A stretch of 43,928 nt of DNA, taken from Methanoregula sp. (GTDB taxonomy: Archaea > Halobacteriota > Methanomicrobia > Methanomicrobiales > Methanospirillaceae). Both the position numbers and the translations under genes were made by a program. The notes under the pieces are model-generated. The model worked only from the letters and a program-made list of their open reading frames with translations. It was not told where the DNA came from and searched no databases. Where the stretch lies: the NCBI GenBank assembly GCA_039698055.1, contig JBDKTL010000049.1, positions 1 through 43,928 of the forward strand, in the 5' to 3' direction. Below are positions 9,808-19,206 of this stretch, piece after piece. The number at the start of each line of letters is the position of its first letter. Within the stretch, counting starts at the first letter, position 1.

Positions 9808-10389
9808 TCAGACCGTGAAAATGTCCCGGTCCCCGGTAATCCGGAACAGTCCTGTGCGTACCCCGGCATCCAGCCACCCGTATCCGTAACTGAAACAGGC
9901 AAGTGCGTCCTCCCGGCTCTCCCGGTCAAGGAACCTCCTGCCCTGTGCGGCGTATGCCGATACGATCACCTCCACCTGCCCGGCAAACTCGTGTGTTACC
10001 GTCGCAGGCTCCGGAGCCGTGACAACCGATGCCCGGGCAGTATCGAGCAGCCGGGCATACCGCCGTGTCTTCTCTTCGAGTTGTGCCCCCGATGCTGCCG
10101 GCAGCAGTTCACCGGCGTCCTGGAACGGGCATGACGGCGTGACCGGGGCAACAAGGACAAGCAGCCCGGCAGCATACCCGAAATGCAGCCAGCCAGACCC
10201 GTAAAAGTAGCTGGCAAGCGCATTGACAAGGTCGCCAGACTGGTAAAACATGGTTCCGTCGTTCGCATATGCCTGTGCCATGCCGAGCACCTCACCGGCC
10301 GATTTGCCAAGCGGTGTGAATTCAGGAGCGGGTACAGCAGTAGCAGCGATCTGTGCACAAAGAAGTGTCCTGCAGGCAGCGATCTTCAT
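9808..10389 (-). CDS. Tandem DUF357 domain protein
   Basis: Two similar halves, [16 protein letters not shown] and [20 protein letters not shown]; overlaps the dph5 stop. Confidence 0.8.
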   Translation of the reverse strand: MKIAACRTLLCAQIAATAVPAPEFTPLGKSAGEVLGMAQAYANDGTMFYQSGDLVNALASYFYGSGWLHFGYAAGLLVLVAPVTPSCPFQDAGELLPAASGAQLEEKTRRYARLLDTARASVVTAPEPATVTHEFAGQVEVIVSAYAAQGRRFLDRESREDALACFSYGYGWLDAGVRTGLFRITGDRDIFTV

Positions 10390-11135
10390 AGCCCGGCAAA
10401 CCTCTCCAGGTACGCCCGCTCCATGTCGTGGAGCACTGCCGGAACGACGATGATGTGCAGGGGCGGGCCAAAGTCTACCGTGCGGAGTTTTTCGGCAGTG
10501 CCCGCCCGGACAACCGGCGCATCGGAACCTGCCCGGGCAATACCGACATACAGCGGGATAGCAAGCGATTTTTTCTCCCGCATCTGTTCAAGGAGATCAA
10601 CAGCTTCTGCGATGGTCATGTACCGCTCGTCCTTTATATCGAGATACACGAGTGTGTGGCAGTTGAGCTCAAGGTTCTGTGCGATCACGTCGACTGGCGA
10701 CATCGGGAACCAGTTTTTCTGCGGGAACGGCAGGGAAACCGATTTGCCAAACCGGTAGTTCTGGAGCCCCGAAAGCCCGCATACGGCACTTGAGATGGAA
10801 GCCGCATGGATGATCGCCGTTGGTATCCCCCGCTCTGCGGCACGCATACGGAGATCCGCGTGCGTGGTCGATACCATCGGATCGCCGGCGCAGAGGAACA
10901 CGACATTTTCCCGTGCGGCACAATCCAGCAGATGTTCGGGGTGCTTTTCCACATCATCCCGGTAGAGCGGGCGGACGGGTTTTTTGTACGCGGTTTCAAG
11001 ATTTTGTACCGGTGCCCCCATGAGCCGTGAGGTATAGCATTCAAGAAATACCTGGTCTGCGTTATGTATGGCTGCAAGCCCTTTTACGGACACATCGTCT
11101 TTATCGTAGAGCCCGAGTCCGACAAACGTCAGCAT
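10386..11135 (-). CDS. dph5: Diphthine synthase
   Basis: [49 protein letters not shown]. Confidence 0.93.
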   Translation of the reverse strand: MLTFVGLGLYDKDDVSVKGLAAIHNADQVFLECYTSRLMGAPVQNLETAYKKPVRPLYRDDVEKHPEHLLDCAARENVVFLCAGDPMVSTTHADLRMRAAERGIPTAIIHAASISSAVCGLSGLQNYRFGKSVSLPFPQKNWFPMSPVDVIAQNLELNCHTLVYLDIKDERYMTIAEAVDLLEQMREKKSLAIPLYVGIARAGSDAPVVRAGTAEKLRTVDFGPPLHIIVVPAVLHDMERAYLERFAGL

Positions 11136-11198
11136 TGGTGGCAACCTGTTTTTATGAAAAAATGAAGATATCCGGACATTTCCCTGCCGCCGTTTTCA

Positions 11199-12365
11199 TC
11201 AATAGGAGAACTGCGTGATCGAATCCACCAGCGATTCCAGCACGAACCGGACTTCCGTTTTATTTGTCGAGGAAACAAAAAAGACCGGCACATCCGCCCT
11301 GAGCTTGAGTGCCGTCCTGATATCGGATTCCGACATTTTCCCGGGCAGGTCCTTTTTATTGGCTACGACAACGATTGGCACCCTGCGCTCCGATATCGTT
11401 TCGATCAGGTGGCGTGCCCTTGCGAGCTGTGCCGGTTTTGTCGCATCGATCATCAAAACGACTCCCATCGCATTTTTCAGGAGAATCGGCATCATCGGGT
11501 CAAATCGTGGTTCACCGGGAGTGCCATACAGGGTGATATTGAAATCTTTCCAGTGCAGCCACCCGAAATCCATGGCAACCGTTGTCGAATCGCCGGAACT
11601 TCCCGTACGGTCAACAGACAATCCCAGTTTGGATGCGTTAGAAACAAACGTCGATTTGCCTGCCTGCGGGGGACCGGTAACGACAATTTTGGGGATATAG
11701 GGAACGATATGCCCGTCGGTAATGATGAACGGAACAGATCTCCTGACCGTGCACGGCGCCCATGATGTGTGCACCAGTGAGAAGAAATTGAAGTGGGGGA
11801 TCAGGCCAAAGGCGGCTTTGATGGAAATTATCATATCGAATGCGAGGACATCGACGAACTTTTTCAGGAGTTCGTCTCCTTCGAAATTGAGATGTTCGAG
11901 GATGATTGTCGGTTTTCTGGCTCCCTTGCCTGATTCGACCAGCCCGAATCCTTTTTCAAGGCCGAAATCCTCGTAGATCACGTCAAAGTAGGCAAAGATC
12001 ACGTCTACCTTGTTCTCTTCGCAGAGTTTGCTGATCCGCAGGCGCCATTCACGCTCTGCCGATTCGCGGGTGGGTGCAATCCGCTGGATGCGTTCCCGGT
12101 CAACGGCATCGAGAAACACGCATTTTCTGCCGGCAATCTCAAGACTGCTTCCCCGCATCTTCTCTGCATCGTGCAGGAATGCACCGACCGTTGTATGCGG
12201 GATTATTACCAGGCACGAACGGTTATTGTCCAGCGCTTCAAACAGGGTGGATATGATAAAGAGCTGCCCGTCCACGCCCGGCTCCATGCTGTAGAGGACT
12301 TTACTGCCCCTGGGTATCCCGCCGCCCAGCATGTCATCGATTCCGGTCATTCCTGTTTTGATCAT
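11199..12365 (-). CDS. Degenerate KaiC/RAD55-like domain fused to an MglA-like small GTPase
   Basis: N-terminal IKTGMTGIDDMLGGGIPRGS (KaiC/RecA signature) with no Walker A GKT; C-terminal GPPQAGKST, TTVAMDFG, LYGTPG, ANKKD. The ATG at 12365 overlaps the upstream stop. Confidence 0.8.
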   Translation of the reverse strand: MIKTGMTGIDDMLGGGIPRGSKVLYSMEPGVDGQLFIISTLFEALDNNRSCLVIIPHTTVGAFLHDAEKMRGSSLEIAGRKCVFLDAVDRERIQRIAPTRESAEREWRLRISKLCEENKVDVIFAYFDVIYEDFGLEKGFGLVESGKGARKPTIILEHLNFEGDELLKKFVDVLAFDMIISIKAAFGLIPHFNFFSLVHTSWAPCTVRRSVPFIITDGHIVPYIPKIVVTGPPQAGKSTFVSNASKLGLSVDRTGSSGDSTTVAMDFGWLHWKDFNITLYGTPGEPRFDPMMPILLKNAMGVVLMIDATKPAQLARARHLIETISERRVPIVVVANKKDLPGKMSESDIRTALKLRADVPVFFVSSTNKTEVRFVLESLVDSITQFSY

Positions 12366-13069
12366 GGTTGTATTGTCACCTGGCCCTTTGTAATGGTATA
12401 TTTCATCCATTCTCCCGTCGTTCCTTTCAGTCCCGATATCCGGAAATAATTCTCCTGTCCATCCACCTTCACTTCAATGACCCCGTTCATCAGCTGCTTG
12501 ATCAGCGAGAGAGTTTTATCGTCGAAGGATTCGCTGTTGAGGAGGTAGATGCCTACCCCTTCGGTCTTTTTGAGTTTTGCCGTCAGCACATGGAGGAACT
12601 GGTACAGCACCTCAAGCCTGCGGTACATGAGCAGGGTGGAGATGGAATTCACACAGAACCGGATGGGCGGCGGGAAAAGCCCGGTCTCCCCTTCAGAAAA
12701 GCTGCCGTCGAATATGGTCTCAATCATATTGGAAAATTTAATCCCGATGCCGGTAAGATCGGTGGGGCTTGAGACAAACATCAGGCGCTGGGTATCGGTA
12801 ATGCCCGGTGTCGAACTCTTGGTGATTGCATCGATGACGCCGACAAAGCGTTTGTCCACTCCTGCCGCTTTAAAATAATCGACGACCTCTGCTGCACGCT
12901 CGTTGGTTGAAAGAACAATTGAATATTCCCCGGTCATGGGTTTGATCAGTGCATATGCAAGCTGTTCTGCATTGCTCATCGACGGTGCAAGGACCAGAAT
13001 ATTTGTCCCGGCTTCAAATCCCCCGCATGTCTTATCGATCTGGGCAATCCCTGAATGGTAACAGTACAT
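12362..13069 (-). CDS. Inactive KaiC/RAD55-like ATPase-fold protein
   Basis: SGIAQIDKTCGGFEAGTNILVL, SSPTDLTGIGI, NSISTLLMY, FLHVL; Walker A replaced by APSMSNAE. Confidence 0.8.
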   Translation of the reverse strand: MYCYHSGIAQIDKTCGGFEAGTNILVLAPSMSNAEQLAYALIKPMTGEYSIVLSTNERAAEVVDYFKAAGVDKRFVGVIDAITKSSTPGITDTQRLMFVSSPTDLTGIGIKFSNMIETIFDGSFSEGETGLFPPPIRFCVNSISTLLMYRRLEVLYQFLHVLTAKLKKTEGVGIYLLNSESFDDKTLSLIKQLMNGVIEVKVDGQENYFRISGLKGTTGEWMKYTITKGQVTIQP

Positions 13070-13080
13070 CTATCCGATGA

Positions 13081-14931
13081 TCATTTCATCAGTAGGTTTA
13101 TAAGAGCTCCTATCAGCAGTCCAAGGAAGAGCGAGTATGCCGAGGTAAGGATGGCAATTTTTGCACCCAGCTGTTTGTAGAGCACGGCGACGGTGGAAAC
13201 ACAGGGAACAAACAGGACGCTGACGATGGCAAACGTGTAGAGCTGCACGGATGTCATGATGGAACCGAGGTTCGCAGTCCCGCCAAGAACGGCAAGCGTC
13301 TCAAAGGCAAGTTCTTTCCTGAAGATGCCAAAGAGCAGTGCCGTGGACGCATAGGCAGGAAGACCAAGCACGGTAACGGTAACCGGTGCGACAAGGGACT
13401 GGAATGCATCGACAACGCCAAAATACTGGAACAGCCCGAGAAATATGCTGGTGGCGATCAAGAGCGGCATGGCAATAAACAAAAATTCCTTGATCCGGAG
13501 CCACGATTTCTGGAGGACAAATGACCCTTTGGGTTTTCTCAGTGGCGGCATTTCGACGATCATCCCGAATTGCTCTCCCGGTGTCAGGCGCGACAGGACA
13601 ACCGCCGTCAGGATGAGAATGATAAAAATCAGCAGGTAAATGGAAAAGGCCCATGCAATACCGACAAACGCGGCGACAATACCGGCGATCACGACCGTCC
13701 GTGCGGAGCAGGGCACAAGCGTGATAAGAAATGCCGCTATCGTCTGTTCGCGTTTTGTCTTTAAGATCCGCAGGCTCATCACTGCCGGCACCGTGCAGCC
13801 AAACCCGATCACCATGGGAATGATCGCCTCCCCGTGCAGGCCGAGCCGGTGCATGGCCCGGTCCGCAAGGAACGCGGCACGGGTCATGTAGCCGGTATCT
13901 TCAAGAAAGGAAAGTCCGATATAAAATGTAAAGACAAACGGGAATGCAATGCCAAGGCCCGCTTCAATGGCGACCAGCACCGAGTACCCCACCCGTTCGG
14001 CGAGCGGGTGCAGCCCGAGTGCCGAAAACGGGGTGATGATAAACTCGGTAAATACCCCGACAATCAGGCCCTCCATCCACGAACCGATAACAAAGACCGA
14101 TAACAACAGGGAAAAGAGGATGAGGCACAGGATCGGGATACCCGGGAATGCCCGGGTCAGGATGCTGTCAATATCAAATTTCTTCTTTTCCGGACTTTTT
14201 TTCACGACTTCTTCAGCAACGCCCCGGGCAAAATTGTGCCGGTTTGTTGCAATGATCTGCCCGACCGACATCTGGTGGCGCTGTTCAATCTCGGCAGAAA
14301 TGGACGATGCCGCATCGCGCAGTGCCATATCGTCGCCGGCTCCCTGCAGGGCGAGCAGGTTGTTCCGGAGCGGTGTCCCCATGTTTTTTTCAAGGCTGCG
14401 CAATGCCGCTTCGATATGGTGATCGTAGGGAATGTGGAGCGATGCAGGCCGTGATGACCGGAGGGCGAGCGGGAGGATGCGGTCGATGTTTTTTCCCTGC
14501 ACGGCAGCAGCAGGAAGCGCCTCAATGCCAAAAATACTCCCGAGCCGGTCTGTATCGATGACTCTTCCCTGCCGTTGTGCGTCGTCAATCATGTTCACGA
14601 CGACAATCATCGGCAGGGTATATTCTGCGATCTGGGTTAACAGGTAGAGGTTCCGCTCCAGTTTTGTTGCGTCGATCACCGCAATGAGACTGTCAGCGCC
14701 GCTCTTTTCAAGAAAGCGCCGGACCAGCACTTCTTCTTCGGAATCCCCGTCAAGAGAATAGATCCCGGGTAAATCGATAAGCTCGATCTTCTCGTTTTTA
14801 TAACAGACATTGCCGCATTCGATCCCGATTGCCGAACCCGGGTACTTGTTGACTTCCACGCCAAGACCGGTGAGCTGGTTAAATATCAGGGATTTTCCTG
14901 CGCCCGGGTTGCCAATCAGGGCGATCTTCAT
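13081..14931 (-). CDS. feoB: Ferrous iron transporter B
   Basis: GNPGAGKS, DLPGIYSL, LERNLYL, NMID, EDTGYMTRAAF, GFGCTVPA, FVPCVST. Confidence 0.93.
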   Translation of the reverse strand: MKIALIGNPGAGKSLIFNQLTGLGVEVNKYPGSAIGIECGNVCYKNEKIELIDLPGIYSLDGDSEEEVLVRRFLEKSGADSLIAVIDATKLERNLYLLTQIAEYTLPMIVVVNMIDDAQRQGRVIDTDRLGSIFGIEALPAAAVQGKNIDRILPLALRSSRPASLHIPYDHHIEAALRSLEKNMGTPLRNNLLALQGAGDDMALRDAASSISAEIEQRHQMSVGQIIATNRHNFARGVAEEVVKKSPEKKKFDIDSILTRAFPGIPILCLILFSLLLSVFVIGSWMEGLIVGVFTEFIITPFSALGLHPLAERVGYSVLVAIEAGLGIAFPFVFTFYIGLSFLEDTGYMTRAAFLADRAMHRLGLHGEAIIPMVIGFGCTVPAVMSLRILKTKREQTIAAFLITLVPCSARTVVIAGIVAAFVGIAWAFSIYLLIFIILILTAVVLSRLTPGEQFGMIVEMPPLRKPKGSFVLQKSWLRIKEFLFIAMPLLIATSIFLGLFQYFGVVDAFQSLVAPVTVTVLGLPAYASTALLFGIFRKELAFETLAVLGGTANLGSIMTSVQLYTFAIVSVLFVPCVSTVAVLYKQLGAKIAILTSAYSLFLGLLIGALINLLMK

Positions 14932-15602
14932 GGCACCTTCTCCACGCAGATTGCCGATGCAACCTCAGGGCTGAGCGCCACATCGCAGTCTTTGACATGG
15001 ACGACAACTGCCTTATTATTGAGTTTGCGCCTGATGACGATCTGTTGGCCGGGAACAACCCCGAGATCGAGCAGCCGCTTCTGGCACCCCCGGCCAAGGA
15101 TATCCCGGACAATGAGGTGGTCCCCCTCCATAAAATCCACGAGCGACATCCCGGACCCGCACGAACTGTTTCGCGGGCTTCCCCGGATGCAGAACCGGGC
15201 AGGATGTCCCCCCGGGCCGCCGCACGGCTGCGATGCCGGTGTCCTGAGGTAGTCTCCCAGCCGGTCGATCGTTTCATCAGAGACGGTATGCTCGATCCGG
15301 CAGGCTTCATCCGATGCCATTGATGAGTCCATACCCAGAATCTCCGTGAGGAAACACTGGAGGGTTTCATGTTTTTTTATGGTCTGCTGCCCGATCATCT
15401 GCCCTGCCGGTGTGAGTTCGATGCCGCCATCCGGCCGGAGTGTGATATCCCCAAGATTGAGAAGTTCCTGTACATGCATATCCGCATCGGATTTTGGCAG
15501 GTGAAGCATGCCGGCGATTTCCTGTGCGGAGGGGGGGGATTTCTGCCGTTCGGTAAAGACAATGACCGCTTCAAGGAAATCTTCCCGTAATGATGGCAGC
15601 AT
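14928..15602 (-). CDS. DtxR/MntR-family metal-dependent regulator with C-terminal FeoA domain
   Basis: REDFLEAV, LTPAG, KHETLQCFL, EACRIEH; C-terminal RLLDLGVVPG...VALS. Confidence 0.88.
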   Translation of the reverse strand: MLPSLREDFLEAVIVFTERQKSPPSAQEIAGMLHLPKSDADMHVQELLNLGDITLRPDGGIELTPAGQMIGQQTIKKHETLQCFLTEILGMDSSMASDEACRIEHTVSDETIDRLGDYLRTPASQPCGGPGGHPARFCIRGSPRNSSCGSGMSLVDFMEGDHLIVRDILGRGCQKRLLDLGVVPGQQIVIRRKLNNKAVVVHVKDCDVALSPEVASAICVEKVP

Positions 15603-15727
15603 GATAATGTTCTCTTTTATCTCTGTGGGGAACCAGTTTATTCGTTTCGGGAAAAATTTTGATCCAATCCGGAAATCCCCAGCCTGTCCTAACCCTCTTA
15701 ATGTTGTCCTGCAAATACTACGGTACC

Positions 15728-16369
15728 ATGATCTACTGGCTCTATGAAAAGATGCTCCGTCGACAGATCCAGGTTCTGCCCCGGCATGTCTGTTTCATGA
15801 TCAGTGGTGAGGATATGGCAGTTGCTCCGGAAAAGATTGCAGCAGTAACCGGGTGGTGTGCGGAGCTTCGCGCTGATATGGATGTGGCAAGCGCGAAAAA
15901 CCCGGCACAGGAACCATCCAACATTACCGGTCTCACGTTTCACATCCACGAGCTCACCCCGGAGGAACTCGCCCGCGATTTGCCGGCAATAAAAAAAGTC
16001 GCTGCCCATGCCCGGCTGGTCCTCCATTACGGCGATACCGAGGAAGTGTCCGGTACAGGTCTTGAAGTGACAGTAGCGATTGGCAAGAGCGGCAGGGAAG
16101 AGATCACCGAATGCATCCGGCGTATGGCAAAAAACGGTATCCCCGCTGAACAGATCGATGAAAACACGTTTGAGAACTACCTCACGTTCAAGTATGACCC
16201 GGATATTGTCATCAAGAGCGGCGGCGATTATCTCACGGATTTCCTGATCTGGCAATCCGTGTACTCAGAACTGTTTTTCACGGACGTCAACTGGAAATAT
16301 TTCCGGAAAGTTGATTTTTTGCGGATCCTGCGGGACTACCAGTCACGGATACGCCGGTTTGGTGCGTAA
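15728..16369 (+). CDS. Non-catalytic cis-prenyltransferase subunit (Nus1/NgBR-like UppS paralog)
   Basis: PRHVCFMISGED lacks DGNRR; SGREEI, PDIVIKSG, DFLIWQSVYSEL; C-terminal RIRRFGA. Confidence 0.8.
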   Translation: MIYWLYEKMLRRQIQVLPRHVCFMISGEDMAVAPEKIAAVTGWCAELRADMDVASAKNPAQEPSNITGLTFHIHELTPEELARDLPAIKKVAAHARLVLHYGDTEEVSGTGLEVTVAIGKSGREEITECIRRMAKNGIPAEQIDENTFENYLTFKYDPDIVIKSGGDYLTDFLIWQSVYSELFFTDVNWKYFRKVDFLRILRDYQSRIRRFGA

Positions 16370-16375
16370 CCTCAC

Positions 16376-17029
16376 TTATCGCATGCGGATATTTACAAAA
16401 CACGATTTCTGGCCGATCGTACGGTCCGTGAACGCATACTGGTTTTTGAGCGCGACAAAAAAAGCCCGGCGCTCCGGGATTTTTGAAACGCCCTGCTCCC
16501 GGCACCAGCGTTCAAACAGGGTATAGAGTTCATCTTTGGGGATGATCGTATCGGGGCTTTCATCGTCGGCACGGGCAATACGCGTTTTGACATATTTTTT
16601 TATGGTGTCTCCTTTTGTCCGTTTTTCCATGGGGGATGTGCGTGCAGGGCCAGAAAGCGGCAGGGATTCCCAGGGCGTCGCCGGGGCCGGTGCGGGAGCT
16701 GTTACCGGCCCGGGCTTCTCGCGGGCCTGTGGTTTTTGGTGAGCAGCCTCTTTTTTATCGCGAAGGATTTGTGCGGGGGAACGCGGGTCTTCGGCGTTCA
16801 TGACCGGGCGCAGGGGAGCGGATTTCTGGCTCGTTGCTCCTGCCTCCGGGTCAGAAGTATGCTGTGCCGGTTTTGCCGGAGTAACGCTTGCCGGTATCGT
16901 GGCAGAATAATCAATCCCGGCAATTTTTGCAAGCGCCCGGTTGCATTCGTCCCCGATATCAAGACGCAGGTCGGTTACCTTGTCAAAAATGTCCGACCTG
17001 ATGGAGACCTCTACCTGGTGCCATGTCAT
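16376..17029 (-). CDS. Hypothetical DNA-binding protein (possible N-terminal RHH-like and C-terminal winged-helix domains, Pro/Ala linker)
   Basis: Clean ORF; N-terminal VEVSIRSDIFDKV...IGDECNRALAK; C-terminal IPKDELYTLFERWCREQG...RRAFFVALK. Start uncertain (17029 or 17053). Confidence 0.6.
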   Translation of the reverse strand: MTWHQVEVSIRSDIFDKVTDLRLDIGDECNRALAKIAGIDYSATIPASVTPAKPAQHTSDPEAGATSQKSAPLRPVMNAEDPRSPAQILRDKKEAAHQKPQAREKPGPVTAPAPAPATPWESLPLSGPARTSPMEKRTKGDTIKKYVKTRIARADDESPDTIIPKDELYTLFERWCREQGVSKIPERRAFFVALKNQYAFTDRTIGQKSCFVNIRMR

Positions 17030-17131
17030 CCCGGAACCTTTTTGGGTGCTCATCTTCTCACACCAGTGCATTTTGTTGTTGGAAAAAATATAGTACGCTA
17101 TTTGCGATCCTGTGGATACACAGGAGCGATG

Positions 17132-17902
17132 TTATGCGTGAACTTGTGCCGCTATCCGCTGGTCATAGGTGCGGATGGCCCGCAGCAGGTCGATTTTCCT
17201 GAAAAGCGGCCAGTAGGGGGCACAGAAATAGACGGCACACTCATGGCCGTTTGCAAGCCATGGCAGAAAATTCGATGTCCGTGACTCGTTGCCGGTCCTG
17301 ATGATCAGGTCAACCGGGGGGATGCTTTTTCCGCCGTGAAGGTGCTCTTCGACCATGCGGACATCGATGGTGTCGGGGTTGATCGTTTCGCTGCGGACTG
17401 CACTGACAATTTCCCGTGCGGCAAGGACAATCTCGTTTCTCCCGCCATAGGCAAGTGCCACGTTTAAGGTAAACCCCTCGTAGTCCTTTGTTGCTTCTTC
17501 TGCTGCCTCAACTGCCGCAAGCAAATCCTGCGGGAGCAGGGAGCGATCGCCAACAATCTGGACCCGGATCCGGTACCGGTGCACCCGCTCATCCGAGATC
17601 GTCCGGATGAATTTCTCCTTAAAGAGCGCGAACAGGTTGTCAACTTCTTCCTTTTTCCGGTTGAAATTTTCGGTCGAGAACGAGTAGATGGTGATATGCC
17701 GGATGCCCAGTTCGTGTGCCCAGTCCAGCATCTCCTCGGTTTTCTCTGCCCCGGCACGGTGTCCTTTCCCGGTATCGATCCCCATCTCCTTTGCAAACCG
17801 CCGGTTGCCGTCCATGATGATCGCGACGTGGCGGGGGATATGGGTGCACTGCATCTCGATGTACCGCTCGTAGAGCGGATTTATCAGCTGGCGCAGGTTC
17901 AC
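17132..17902 (-). CDS. uppS: Catalytic cis-prenyltransferase (undecaprenyl diphosphate synthase family)
   Basis: HVAIIMDGNRR, YSFSTENFNR, AYGGRNEI, DLIIRTGNESRTSNFLPW. Confidence 0.92.
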   Translation of the reverse strand: MNLRQLINPLYERYIEMQCTHIPRHVAIIMDGNRRFAKEMGIDTGKGHRAGAEKTEEMLDWAHELGIRHITIYSFSTENFNRKKEEVDNLFALFKEKFIRTISDERVHRYRIRVQIVGDRSLLPQDLLAAVEAAEEATKDYEGFTLNVALAYGGRNEIVLAAREIVSAVRSETINPDTIDVRMVEEHLHGGKSIPPVDLIIRTGNESRTSNFLPWLANGHECAVYFCAPYWPLFRKIDLLRAIRTYDQRIAAQVHA

Positions 17903-18891
17903 AGGGGCGTCACCTCGACGACCATACCGCCGTTGGGGTATCGCTCAACAACATACTTCTTTCCGGGGAGTTTATCCGCATGCTCCGAGAGCAGCCACCA
18001 TGCCATCTCGATCCGGTCGCCGCAGTCCAGGAAACTGTCCGGTTCCAGAAGCGAGCTGCAGCGGGCACTGACAGCGTCCCGGGTGCCCGGGTGCATGTCC
18101 AGCACGCCATAGACGATCGTCCCGTCCGGCGTGATCTCGTCAAACGGGCGGGCAGTGTTCTCCGCGATGCGTTTCAGCCTTTCGCGGAGCTGCACCGAGT
18201 CCTTGAATGACGAAGCGCACCAGTGAACTTTCTCGTTTTTCACCAGTTCTTCTGCCCATTCCTGTGCGCCCTCCACCGCGTTGTGCACGCCGTCAGCAAG
18301 CTCGTAGCCCCGCTCCCGCATTTCGTCGGCATTGTATTCGCCCCATTCGAGCTCGTTGATGTTGAGGAAATCAAGGTACGGCAGGGCCGGGATAAGGAGC
18401 TCAAGCCCGGGCAGGGAAGGCACTTCGATGCCGATATCAAATCCCTGCTCTTTTGCATGCTGTGCAGAACGGATATAGTCGGAATCAAGGATCGTGTCCC
18501 AGCATTCACGGGGCGGGTGGAGCCGGATCTCATCGACAAACCCTTTCATTTTTGAGAGTTCTGCATCGGTCGGTGCTTTTGCGGTATAGAGGTGGATCTG
18601 GTGCTCCGGGCCGAAATGTCCTTTGAGCAGGTGGCAGTATTCGATCACCCGATCGAGACGCAGGAGCGGTTCGCCGCCGGTGATGCCGGTCCCAAGCGCA
18701 CTCATGCTCTCTGCCATTTCGATGATCTCATCAGGTGAATGGATCTCCCTCTCGTTTGCAAATACCACGTCTTTTCCTTTCCGTTCGCTGGAGAGCGGGC
18801 AGTACCAGCAGGAACGGTCGCACCGCCCGGTAACAAAGAGCACCATCTTTGCACCCTGGTAGCAGAGAACACAGCCTTTTGCGAGGGTCAT
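17899..18891 (-). CDS. Radical SAM protein (archaeal family of unknown function)
   Basis: GCVLCYQGAKMVLFVTGRCDRSCWYCP (CxxxCxxC), ITGGEPL, DEIRLHP; stop overlaps the uppS GTG. Confidence 0.88.
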   Translation of the reverse strand: MTLAKGCVLCYQGAKMVLFVTGRCDRSCWYCPLSSERKGKDVVFANEREIHSPDEIIEMAESMSALGTGITGGEPLLRLDRVIEYCHLLKGHFGPEHQIHLYTAKAPTDAELSKMKGFVDEIRLHPPRECWDTILDSDYIRSAQHAKEQGFDIGIEVPSLPGLELLIPALPYLDFLNINELEWGEYNADEMRERGYELADGVHNAVEGAQEWAEELVKNEKVHWCASSFKDSVQLRERLKRIAENTARPFDEITPDGTIVYGVLDMHPGTRDAVSARCSSLLEPDSFLDCGDRIEMAWWLLSEHADKLPGKKYVVERYPNGGMVVEVTPL

Positions 18892-19206
18892 TTTCCCCCT
18901 CGTACCCGGAACCGGCATGGATCTGTCATGAAAAGTAATCCTAATGTTTGGCGCCATGGATTCAAAACCCTTCTTAATCTGGGCAGGCCCATCCAGAACC
19001 AGGATCAAAGAGACCGGGCTTAACTTCCTGAAATTCCTGCCAATGGAGGTTTTGTCTGTGGATATATCCCGTTTTAGGGATCTCCTTTTATCTAAGAACG
19101 TTTACCATGTTCGGAAAAATTTCACCAAAGGCGGTGTAATGGAAAGCACCAAAAAACTCCTGCACTAACATCTTTATTAATCAAGCAATACACGAGTTAA
19201 TAGATT

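Noticed and set aside
18982-19041. 5S rRNA-like snippets (CCCATCCAGAACC; CGGGCTTAACTTCC) inside a possible GGCAGG/CCTGCC stem
   Set aside because: The snippets are short and in opposite orientations relative to 5S; no full 5S or tRNA fold could be drawn. An Infernal/Rfam search would settle it.
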